From Vicugna vicugna (lineage: Eukaryota), in the NCBI GenBank assembly GCA_013265495.1, contig MU058836.1, positions 372,001 to 436,000 on the forward strand: 64,000 bases of DNA. The letters are read 5' to 3'. Positions within the stretch are counted from its first letter, which is position 1, and every line of letters starts with the position of its first letter. The translations under genes were made by a program, and so were the position numbers. Positions 1-11,175 of the stretch are shown piece by piece. The notes beneath the pieces are model-generated. The model saw only the letters and a list, made by a program, of their open reading frames with translations. It made no database searches and had not been told where the DNA came from.

Positions 1-269
1 ACTCTAAAATGTTTTGAAATATTTACACAATTGGTAATTCAGTTCAAAGAAAGCAGTCAACTCCACAATATGTGTGTGTGTATATATGTACACATATACA
101 TGTATGTATATATATACTATATACTTTTATAACTTATATAGATCATTTATAAGTTCTACATTTTCTAAAATTTTTATAACGAGAAGTCAACTTACTCTGG
201 ACATGCTGGCATATTTCCTTTCAAGGTGGTTTTTTGAGTATGTGCACTAGGAAAAAATAATCAGTGATC

Positions 270-730
270 ATAATTTTACATCCAGATCTTTTACCTAGCA
301 GGAGACCATTTTTCTATTTAATTTCAAAAGCTTCATAAATAATTTTAAGCTGCCTATGTCATAGTGGGGATATATTATTATTGACTTAACCATTCCTCTT
401 CTCTTAATCACAAGTTATTTTCAATTGTTTACTTTACCTGTATCATTTTCTTGTGTAAATCTTTTCTACATCTTTGACTGCTTCCTTAGGGTAGATTCTA
501 AGAGGAGGAATTAAGGGAACAAAAAAGTGTGAACATTTTAAGACTTTAAATGTGTATTGTTCAATTGCACTAAAAAGACTTGTGCTAATTTCTTTTAACA
601 TTTTTTTATTGAGTTATAGTCATTTTACAACGTTGTGTCATGACGTGTGCTAATTTTTAATTCCTGCTAAGAATATATAATGAGAGGGCTTAATTGGGGT
701 GTATACTAGCCACCACTAGACCACACAATT
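270..730 (-). mobile_element. Old L1 (L1ME-like) 3' fragment
   Basis: Resembles the antisense L1M 3' region (ttccttagggtagattctaagaggaggaatt...); boundaries approximate. Confidence 0.55.
592..641 (-). mobile_element. Ultra-short retro-insertion (probable lineage L1 3' tip)
   Basis: TSD GAC(T/G)TGTGCTAATTT at 577-591 and 642-656. Minus strand ends TGACTATAACTCAATAAAAAAATGTTAAAA and is shared with 11144-11175. Confidence 0.7.
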
Positions 731-3700
731 TTTTTTCTTATTTTTTTAATTATAAAAGTGATTCCTGTTGGCAAACACAAAAATAATTCAGGCACTCTCT
801 TTTTTACCTTTCTCACTCTTACCACTCAGAGTTAGGTGTGTATACCAGCAGACTGTTCTTGAATCCAAAATTTTTTTCATTATCCTAATTTTAATAATCA
901 TATATTTATTTTGATGTATGTTGAAATTTTATATATAAATAGCCCATCTGATCTGTGATTTCATGAGTATTATTGCTTTTGATGGAGCTCAGATTTTTTT
1001 AAGCTAATTTAAAAATAATACATATTAAGTAAATAACAGTACAAATCAGCATGTGCAAACACGTCAAAAATAAATAAATTTTGAAGGTGATAGCAGAATA
1101 ACTTTGGAAAACTGCCATGGTGGCAAGTATAGCTTCTACAGCTGATTGTCCTCAGCCAGCTCTGTGTTCCTGACCAAGTCACATCCCCTCTCTGGGCTTC
1201 AGTTTGAGTGCAAGTAGAAGGAATCTGGAAATACTGGTCTGTCTGCTGAAAGGGATGCCTGAACAAATGAACAGTCTTTCAATTGAGTCTTTTTCTTCTA
1301 AATTTTGGTTCATCTAATAGTTGGTCTAACACAGCTCTCTCTTTCTTAAGAAGACCCTTGGGTTGGAAGAATTTCATGATAAATTATGAATGAAGGCAAG
1401 ACACTGACTTTAGGATAAAATCAAAAAATCTTATTTAAACAACATATTACTTCTCAGTAACTCCATAGGAGGAACAAAAGTGTTCAGATTAATCATAATC
1501 TCCTTATTAGTCAAAGTCCTGTATTGCTTTTGAATAAGTAAAAAATCAAAAAGTTCTATATAAATCCATACAATGGGATTTTTAAAGCTAGTGGTTCCTG
1601 AAGCAGATCGTGCATTTAGACTTGGCCCCATCTTTGTATCCCTAGTATTCAGCTCTGAGTATGGCGTATTGTAGACGCTAAACAAATATTCAGTGGCTGG
1701 CTGATATTCACACGAATATCCCGTATTCCAGTAACCAGTTTGACAGAACTGTAAATTTAACTTCTAACTATGGGAAAGAGACCTTTTTTTTGAATTTTAG
1801 AACATTGCTATTGAAACATCTTCTTTGGTATCCAAAGGTATATATACAAAGATTCACACAGGCTAAGTTTAATATAAGTTATGGCAATTTCCCTTCCTTT
1901 GAGAGCTGCTCAGAATCATGAATTACCCACCTTTCTCATCTTTCAGTAAATGTCTCTTAGTCACTCCTCCCTAGGTGTGGACACTAGTCAATAGTTACAT
2001 ATGCTTAGATTTGGGTTTGTGAAAACACAGTGATCTTTCTGTAAGGAATCAGAAGGAAGGTGTGTTAGTGATTTCACTTTCCTGATATTTGGAAAATCCG
2101 TAATTATCCAATCTGAGGTCTTAAAAATTTTTTTTAAAAGACTGAGTAATTTCCAACAAGAATAAAATGTCTTAAAAATTCAAAATAAAGAACCTATTGA
2201 AAATAACAAACTGAAGTAGTAAAAAGACAATCTTGAATTGCATGGAAAAGGGGTTTTGCATTGGCAGGAAAATATCACCAAGTGCAAGAGATGTGTCACA
2301 ATATGGTCAAATGTTTAAGGCGGAATAATTAAGACTTCTGAAAAAGCCATACTCTCTATTCATCTACACTTTGTTTTGCTAAAATCATCAGCTTGAACAG
2401 TTTTCCAGCTGGAATTTAGAAAGCAGGGTTGTAAACTAGATAGATATATATATATATATTTGCATAGTTTTCAGGAAGCAGGACTTTTCCTTTTTTATAT
2501 GATGTAACGTAAATATTCAAACAATGACATTGAAACATCTATTCACTCTTGTTTCAGTTGAAATTCTATCTTTGGAATGTAGCCTGTGAACTAAGTCTTC
2601 CTTCTTTCCATGATTCCTTCCTGCAGGGGACAGAAGTCCCCTTTCCCTCTATAAACACTTTTCTTTGAGAGGTTTGGATGCCTTCCTTTCCTAACCTTTA
2701 AAAACCAAAATGATTTATAGACTATCCCACTCCTGCTAGAGTTGGGCAAGTAAGTGGATCATATTTGCATGGGTCACTCTGATTATAGGACTCCACTGTT
2801 TTTGAAGTAAAATTGCAAGATTTATTATTCTATTAATGCTCATAAAGTCACTCTTTTGATGAGCCATAATTTCCCTTTATGAGGAGTCTGTATGCCAGTC
2901 ACCCATGATAAGGGAGAAGAAAGTCCAGACTTCCCACATATTCATATTTCCTGGAACATTTATAAAGTCTTGAAATCCCATATGACTCCAGGGGATAATG
3001 GCATAGGGTACAGTTTAACAAAAGACAAATTTCACGGAGTCAGCGTCTCCCCATGAGACTTCCCGCACATTGTTGCCTGTGTGCAAAACCCAAGCTTTTC
3101 CATTTTAATTAAAAAATTTAGAAATGAACTCTCCTGGTGGAGAAGAGAACCCACCAACTAGGCTTGTATTATCTTTGTGAATATTCTTAGGGAATGAAAT
3201 AGCAGGAGGTGTGAACTTTCTCCTGTTTATCTTAATGGTCCGCTAATGGCAAAGCATAATTGCAGTTACTTAAGTGCCAAGTTTGCCAACACTTTCTTTG
3301 ACCCAGCTTTTATTTATCCAAATGCTTTCCTATCATTTGGAAGAAAACTACCCCCAATAAAAACCAGCAAACAAACAAAAAGCCCACTCCCCAGCCACGT
3401 TTAATTTTTTTTCAGTTCTTTTAGGTGGATAGTTAAGGAATTTGTGACTCCAAAAAAGTCGAAAAATTTTTGCATGGCATCATTGACATTTGAGCCTTCC
3501 CACATTCAAAAAAGCAGGGAAATGCGGGAGTTTTGCAGGAGTTTGCTTCACGGCTTTGGGAAGTCAATTTGCTCCTAAACCAGAAGATGGTCTTCTAAAG
3601 ACTATCCGGCATTTGGAATGGAAACTTAGCCATTGTCCCTTTCGCCCAAAGCACCAACTGGAGCAGCCCGAAAGCCACCTATCTCCCCACCGGTCTCTGG

Positions 3701-6199
3701 ATCTCCTCGCTGCCTTTGTCCCTTCTAGACGTGGAGGCTTGGAGAGGAGGTTTAGTTTCCAAGGATTGGAGCGTTTGAAGGGCGGGGCCATCTCCAAGTC
3801 CATCTCCCCTTTTTGTCCTCTTCTCCTGGGACGGGAGGGAGGAGCCAGGTCCCCCCGCGGCCGGTTCGGGAGCTCTCTATCTCGGTCGCTCGAGGTGAGT
3901 CTGAAAGGGCGGCAGCCCGTTTAATTGCAGCGCAGGTTAATTTCTTGAGTTCACCGCAGTCGGTCCGCCAGCCGCTTCGCCGGTCTTTGCCAAGTGGGTT
4001 TACGAGGTCTGAGGCGTGTTGGGGCGCGCTCACGCTCTCGCGAAAGGCTCCTCCCCAGGGCTCATTCCCCGACTGCGGGAAGCCCTCTGGTGCCCCAGGA
4101 GCCTCGGGTTTCCTCTGACCTCGCTGCTTCCTCCTCCTTCCGCACCGCCCGGTTCCCCGCGCCCCTGCCCCCACCCCGCCTGCCCCCGGGGAAGGGCGGC
4201 CCCCATCTTAGGACTTCCGACCCAAGCCAACCTAGAAGGTACCTTCACGTCGATGAAGATTTTATCACAGCTTCCCAAACCCAGCAGTAATAGGAGCTTT
4301 CAACCTGAAATACGATTGTTATTTTCCCGGTGCAGAGCTTGACAGAAAAAGTCAGCTTTTTATTAAAGACAAAGAGGTAAATTATCAGCCGGGGCACTGA
4401 GGGGACGGCGGAGACCTGGCGCGCTTCCTCTGGTTGCCACGAGGAATTTATGGGGGAGCGGCGGCCAGCGCTCAGACACCCCTGGGGTCCCTGGGGGAGG
4501 AGCTCGGGGCAGTAGGACTTCCCCAGGTCCCTCCGGGCACCTGGAAGGGGTAGTCCTCCCAAGTCTGTACAAAGCCAGGGTCATTTCAGTCCTGAACAGC
4601 CTTACCGTCCTCCTCTCCCCTTTCTTCTTTCTCTTCTTTCTTTGACTCCCGTTTCTCTTTCGCCTCTAAGCTTTCTCCTCCTTGTTCTCCTCTCCCTACT
4701 TTTCCTTTTCTCTCTCCTCGCCTTTCCTCTCCCTCCCCCTCCTTTCTTCTCCACCGCACGCGCAGAGTGTCATTTATTTATTTATTTATCGCCCCCGCCA
4801 TCAACACCCTGTTAGGGCTCCCAAGCTTTTCAATGTGAGTGGGAGGAGAAAAGGGCAGGAAGTGTTGACTGGAAGGGGGTGAAATCGTGCCTCTGGGTGA
4901 GAGATTCTACCCCGGAATAAACGATTGGGGAAAAACTGGGGAAATGAGGATTCAGATATGTTTATAAAACCCGGCTCTCTGGTGGGAACCTACTCCGCGC
5001 GCGTCTCCTCCTCCCCTTTATTGTGTGGGTTTTATGGGGATATCTTCCCGGACTGTTGTTAGGGGTGAGGGGAGGTAGTGAGTACTAAAGAGGACAATCT
5101 TGCCCTGGATCCGCCGCACCGCGCCTTCTCCACCGGATGCGCGGTCCCCAATGCAAAGGAATCCAGCAACATCCCCCAATTCAGACGCGGACAAAAGAAA
5201 CTTTAATTAAGGGTTCTGCCCCGCGCGCTGCGTGTTTCTCTCTCCCGAGGGCTGTCGATGTCCAACTCGAGGTTGCGAGAAATAGAAATGGTACAACCAG
5301 CCTATGCCCTTGAACTTCAATTGCTTCTGACGTGCTGTATCGATTTTTTTTTAAACTGTAGGGGACCCCCCCCAACGCTCATCAGATTAAAGCCTTAGGA
5401 GACATTAGACGTGGTGAGAGAGGAGGGTAAAACCCACTCCTTTGCAAAATAAATAGTTCAGGACGATTTGGGGGGAAATTACACTAAATAAAAATTCAAG
5501 GTGTGAAAGCTTCATCTTGGCTCTCTTGTCTTCAACACCATGACACCTTATCATTAGAAGCTCTGATTGTTACTTTCAGAGCCTTTAGATGATCAGCCAG
5601 AAAGTGCAAACAACGCGGGGCTGGAGGGTGTAAAGTTATTTAAGTAGGCTTTTTTTTTTTTCCCTTTTGGTGCGCCGTCAAAACACTTCACAAGTTAGGA
5701 AAAGAAAGTGGTGGTTCCGAGGCTCGGAATGATGGATTCTTTCCCTCCCTAACCCCCCCCCCCATTCCATATCAGAAAAGAAATAAAATGCACAATGAGC
5801 CTTTATTTCGGGGGAGAAGACTTCAAAATACGTGCCCCAGTAGTGGACAATTTGAGCTTTTCGCTGGAGATACTCACACCGCAAGCTGGAAAGGGATTAA
5901 AAAGCCCCACGTGGTTGATCTGGGTTTAGACTTGCAACCTCTAGTTCCCCATGTATGTTCTTTGCAAAGATTGGCCTCTAGATGGATGCGTGTGAGGGAC
6001 TCTCGGGGGCCGCTGCTCGGCGCCTCGGGCAGGGCTGATGGTGCGAGCGCTATGAGCGGCCCGGCAGGGTCCTCACTGGGGGCTTCCTCTGCCGGCCGGG
6101 GCGGCCGGGCGCCTCCGGGACGCGAGCGCGCACGCCTCAGCCCGGCCGCCGCGCTCCACGCACCGCCTTCTCCGCAGGTCTTTATTCATCTCATCTGCC

Positions 6200-6300
6200 T
6201 CTTCCCCTTCTCCTCCTCCTTTGCCTCCTTCTCCTCCTCTTCCTCCTCCTCCTCCTCCACCACCACCACTACCTCCTCCTCCGCCGGCGCCACCGCCTCC
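6200..6300 (+). repeat. (CCT)n/(CCA)n low-complexity tract
   Basis: Read directly from the sequence. Confidence 0.9.
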
Positions 6301-6679
6301 TCTTGCATCTCACTGCCCTGGTTCTGTGTTGCTCTGAGTGACAAAGACAATGTCCCAGCCTTAACTTTGCAACCACCTTGCCTCCTTCTGGGGTTCAGCG
6401 AGGGGGAGGGGGGACAGCAGCCGCAGCCTCAGCATCTCCTCCACCTTCTCCTTCTGCTCTTCTCCAGCTCTTGGATAATTCTTCCTCCCCCTCCCCCCAG
6501 CCCTTTCCTCATTTCTTTCTTTCTTTCTTTCTCTTTTCTTCCTCTCTCCTGCACGTTGTTGTTGTTATTAGAAAGGCTTCGCGCACCCCCTGGTGCTCCG
6601 GCGTTTTGTGTGGCAGAAGATTGTCTGCCTTCTCTCTTTCTGTCTTGCTTTCTCTCTCCCTCTGGTTGCTCATTATTCA

Positions 6680-6810
6680 GAGAGAGACACAGAGGGAGGG
6701 AGAGAGAGAGCGCGAGGGAGAGGGAGAGGAGAGAGAAGAGGAGAGAGAGAGGGAGAGAGAGAGTGAGAGGGAGAGGGAGGGAGGGAGAGAGAGGGAGAGG
6801 GAGAGAGAGA
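6680..6810 (+). repeat. (GA)n/GGGAGA polypurine tract
   Basis: Nearly pure A/G run read directly from the sequence. Confidence 0.95.
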
Positions 6811-6870
6811 CGGATATCTCAGGTCATCTGCAGCTGCAGCGAGTCTGAGGAGCCGAGGAAGGCAGGGAAG

Positions 6871-6891
6871 ATGGCGATCCTCCATTGCTGA
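6871..6891 (+). other. uORF1 (MAILHC*)
   Basis: aagATGG strong Kozak context; ATG GCG ATC CTC CAT TGC TGA within exon 1. Confidence 0.7.
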
Positions 6892-6907
6892 GACCCGGCA
6901 GAAGCAC

Positions 6908-7030
6908 ATGAGACTCCCAAACAACTTCCACAACAATAACCCGAGCAGGAAGAGGAGAAAGAGAAAGAGGATAAGGAGGCGGTGGGGCTGGAGAACCCGA
7001 AACACCTCCCGGCGCCGGGACGCTTCTTCT
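6908..7030 (+). other. uORF2, exon-1 part (41 codons); continues in exon 2 at 59375-59395 for 47 aa total
   Basis: 123 nt open from ATG 6908 to the donor (phase 0), then GTT CCT AAT GTG AGA GAG TAG. Confidence 0.65.
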
Positions 7031-7184
7031 GTAAGTTACTGCAATTAACAAGCACCTCGGGGTGGTCCGAGTGCTCCGGGGAGGAGAGCGCGGGGTGGTG
7101 GAGGCACAAACGCGCTCATTCATTCGGCCAAGGAGGGTTGGTGGAGCGGGGAGGAGAGGAAGTCCCCTGCATGGACTGGCTGTT

Positions 7185-7350
7185 GGAAGAGGAGAAGAAG
7201 CAAGAGAGAAGAGGAGGAGGAGGAGGAGGGGAAGGAGGAGGAGGAGGAGGGAGAGAGGGCTGGAGGGGGAGGAGGAAGAGGAGGAGGAGAAGCGAGGGAG
7301 GAAGAGGAGGAGGAAGAGGAGAAGGTGGTGGTGGTGGCAGTGGAGGTGGC
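7185..7350 (+). repeat. (GGA)n/(GGT)n low-complexity tract
   Basis: Read directly from the sequence. Confidence 0.9.
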
Positions 7351-10300
7351 TGTGCTTTTCCTGCTGGCTGCTCCTTCTGCTGGGGGGAGCGGAGCGCTGT
7401 GGCTTAATTAATTTCATGTAGTTCTATGGAGAGAAGAGAAAATGAAAGATGAGTGAGAAGAGAGCTGGAGGCTCAGGACGGATGCTGCGAGTGTGGGGAC
7501 AGGAGTAGGGACAGAGAGGGGGGCGGAGGGCGGGAGGCGAGGAGACCTGAGCAGAGAGCCAGAGGGAGCGAGCGAGGGGCAGAGGAGGGAGCGCTCCCAG
7601 CCGCCCCGACCTGAGCGGGTTGACCTCTTTCTTTCTCTGTCCCTCTCCTTCCTTTCCCCCTCTCTGTCTGCCTGTCCCCAGCCCGATGGCAAAGCCGTGC
7701 GGATTGGCACCCCCCTCTTCCTCAGGTATTTGGCTCTCTCTCTCTCTCTCTCTCTCCCCGAAGTTGGGATGCGGGGTCGGGATGTGTCGGGGGGTAGCCT
7801 GGGGGTTCAGAAGCGTCTGGTGGAGGAGGACAACGGTTTCTGGAGAGGAGAAGCCATTACACACGCTTGGCTCTCCTCTGAGGAAGGGAGAAAAGACCCC
7901 AGGCAGGGGCCTGGGGGTCGCCTCACTCCTGGTGCGGTTCCCAGGGGTCTGCCTTCCTTCCAGGCACGAGGGGAAGCCGCAGCCGCCCCCCATTGGAGCA
8001 GCCCCTCTCTTTCCCTTTCTTTATCTCCCTGTCCTCCATTTGCAAGCTGTCTGCTTTGGTTCCAGTCCAGACTCCAAAACACAAAGCTTCTTCTCACGTT
8101 CATTCTCCAGGCTTTTCACCATTCCTGGAGGAACCCTCATTTTCTTTTCATTGTAGCTCTGAACCTACTGAGAGGGAGGGAGGCTGCCTGGAGTTCCTTT
8201 TATATTCCTCCCCTACTAAAAAAAAAAAAAAGTTTCATTTTTAAGCACGCGTCTGGGATGGGAAAAGACCAACCAGTTGGGGCTTTCTCCCAGGCTCCCG
8301 GAGGCTGTGTCTGAGTGTCTGTGTTGGCTGTTTGGTTTGCTTTGGTTTTGTTTCTGGAGGTGGCTTGCAGGTTTTTGGAGGAAGTGACTAGTTTGGTTGA
8401 GAGCTGGGAACTGAGTCAGGTAAGCCGTGTCATGTTGTAACTCCACCAGAAAATGGAGGAGAGCACGGTTTCCAGGAGACAAAGCTGAGATGGGAATTGT
8501 TTATAAAATTATGGATGTCTCCATTTTGAAGCTCTGTTGGTGATGGCTGGAGGAGGAGGCTTGCCTGCTTGCCCCGACTCCCCTTCCAGGGGATGAATCT
8601 TGTGGTGGTTCCTCACTCTCTGTTTCTTGTGCAAAGAAATGAGGGGCTTGGAAGGGCTGCTCAGATTTTTCTCCCACCAAAGGAGTGTGGCTACAAGTTA
8701 TGGAGGGGTTTGTTTCCATTTTAAAGTAGAACTTTTGGAATTTTTTTCACTCCTTTTGAGTGGACCTGAAGGATTTTGACCTCCTTCAGGAAAGGCAAGG
8801 CAAAACCTGAAACCTCTCTCCACTGAGGTCTTCACACAACTTTAAGCTGTTCCAGTTCTCCTGCAAGTCACCAGGAAATGTGATTTCCTCATTGTGAAGA
8901 TGGTGGTGGCCCTGAGCTGAGATTTTTTTTGGAGTTCTGGGGCTTGGTGATCATCAGGTTGTGATGCACTTTAAGACTTTATTGTCTGGTTGGAGTTGAT
9001 TTCTGCAAAACAGCATCAGCAACAAATCCTGCAAGATCTCAGAGGAACTCTAAGACTGACTGACTCCAGTTTCTCCAGGCTCTACATTTCTCTTCAGGCT
9101 GCTCCATTTGTGTATTAGGCCTTCTTTGAGCTCCTTTGTTTTCCCTCTTCCCTTCCATTCTGCTGGGTTTTTTTTTCCCGTGTTCTCGAGTACTGTAAGT
9201 CTTCAGAAATATCAGATGTCTTCTTAACCATATCACTATGGGAACGAAATTTTAATATTATGTCGGTTGAGAAAATTTTATGTCCAAGTAGCTTCGCCTT
9301 TCTAATTGGGGGAATTTATTAGTCTTAGAGGAAGACATTTTGTGAGGATGGTTTGAAGAAAGGACCCAAACCTACCCCAGTCCACACACACACTGATTGG
9401 GAGTTCTTCACAGATTAGTTCTAGAGAATGTATGTCATTGAGCCAAGTGAAAAACTAAATTCTGAAATGCTTGAGGAATTTTGAAAAGCCAACCAAGAAG
9501 ATGTTGCTTTTCCATTAGGTGAGGTAGCCATCTTGAGGATGAGGGAAGATGTTGGAAGAATTTTAGATGGAGTATGGAAGACAGGTGAGGAAGGCTCCAC
9601 AGTGGGGTAAAAACCTGGAGGAGATTCAGAACCAATTAATGTATTGTAAGGAGGCTGACTGGACCTTGTTTTCAACTAAGGAGGAAGATAGAAAGGTACC
9701 AGCCTCAACAGAAATGAGGAACACATGGGTGAGCGACTTACACCAGCTTTTTTTTTCTTGCTTTGCTTTCTCCTCTGTCAAATTTGTGTGTATGTAAAGT
9801 TCTTTATGTCTACAGTATTTTTGTGCATATTGAGGTCGTTTTAGATTCCCAGATGTAGTTATATTCTGTTGAGTAACTGGTAGCAGTGTCATTCAGTAAA
9901 TGCACAGGGCTGTCTATGACAACATCACATTTTTCCAACCAAACTTATGTCATTAATTGAGGGTTATTGTTCTTCTGAGGGGTGTGAAGAGGAGCAATAC
10001 ATGGTTCTTTAGCTGATAATTGTCCATGGTCAGTGAAGTAAAACCCTGTTTTTGCAGAAGAAGATGTATGGTTTTGAACATTTTCAGTTAATGTGTATGC
10101 TCATTTAAAAATATTTCTCTTCAGGGCTCTGATTCTTCATTAAAAACCTTGGGCTCTCCAAGAGCACCTGAAAAAAAAATCTTACTTGGAATCATACCTT
10201 TCATTGTTCATTTTTTTTGAATGTTATCTTTTGATACCATTACTTTTGCTCTTAAGTAGAATGTCATCACTGTTGTATTTAAATTTGCTGATGCACACAC

Positions 10301-11143
10301 ACACACATACACACACGTTCCATGTTCAAACTCAGGAAGTTCAAATGCAATGGGATAAAATGAGTTCTTTGGGAAAGTAATTACCAGATAATTTTGCGTC
10401 TAATTAACCACATATATTTATGTAAACATAAATACATTATATGTTGATCTCGAAGCAAACTTCCATGATAGCTTTGTGGTGGTTGTTGAGACCAGGATAG
10501 CAGGTTCATTACTTATTCCAGTAGGGGAGGGGCGGGGAATCTGACAAACTGGTTGCCAGTCCAGCAGTTTGACTCACACTTTTGTACTTTGCAACCAAAT
10601 GTTCTGGTGTCTTTATAGACAGCCTTAGAGCTGAGTTTTTCTGGAGGGAAAAATTAGGTATCTAGGAGGCACTTTGGGCTTTGAGAATATGTTCTAACTA
10701 GTTACCTAAGAGACACATCCATCTCTGATGTTCTTCCAGCAACATAAGAAGCACCATTATATTCAAGACATGGTTTCTTGAGGGTTTTTTTGGATATACA
10801 CATTTGAAATGGGACAAGTATTTTGGATAAACCGCTAGGAGAGAAATAAAAAGTGTCGAACTGAACATTCTCAATTGACGTCAGAGCTCAGAGATTCTTG
10901 TTTTTGTGGCATCAAGTTGATGAAGCTTGTTATGTCAATTTTTACCTAATTTGCTCTAATATATCACAAAGAAAATCATTCTGCGGAGAAGTACATGTGA
11001 GTTGTGATGCATACTGCTATAAAAAAGATTCTTGTTGGGCCTCCGTATTCCATATTTCTCCGATTTATTTCCACCTAATTCATTGATCACATTCCCAGAG
11101 GACCTGTTTTTTTCCTCACTCTTTGGAGTTGGAGACAACTTTT

Positions 11144-11175
11144 TTTTAAAACATTTTTTTATTGAGTTATAGTCA
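11144..11175 (-). mobile_element. Ultra-short retro-insertion (same L1-like 3' tip)
   Basis: Perfect TSD TGGAGACAACTTTT at 11130-11143 and 11176-11189 around a 32-bp insert. Confidence 0.72.

Larger units (their letters stand above)
6670..7030 (+). other. ZNF462: ZNF462 main non-coding first exon (5' boundary approximate)
   Basis: Lies in a CpG-rich block immediately after the switch from CT-rich to GA-rich sequence. Consensus donor TCT|gtaagt at 7030/1. Resembles the ZNF462 mRNA leader as I recall it. Confidence 0.8.
3780..8420. promoter_or_regulatory. Multi-block CpG-island promoter region of ZNF462
   Basis: CpG-dense blocks at ~3830-4540, 4990-5290, 5990-6180, 6840-7150 and 7500-8000 against CpG-poor flanks. 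GC box near 3780, E-box CACGTG 5908-5913, reverse CCAAT near 5970 and 7703, YY1-like AAGATGGCG 6868-6876. Confidence 0.85.

Noticed and set aside
2455..2775. Two octamer ATTTGCAT sites upstream of the promoter
   Set aside because: No adjacent SOX half-site, and the 8-mer recurs elsewhere in AT-rich DNA in this window.
5788..6891. 367-aa + strand ORF across the promoter
   Set aside because: Translation of GC-rich and CCT/GA low-complexity DNA (poly-S, RE repeats) with no domain; it starts upstream of the probable TSS. Only its last 6 codons (uORF1) are credible.
7493..8314. 273-aa ORF and the other overlapping ORFs at 3.5-8.3 kb
   Set aside because: Stop-poor GC-rich and simple-repeat sequence typical of CpG islands.
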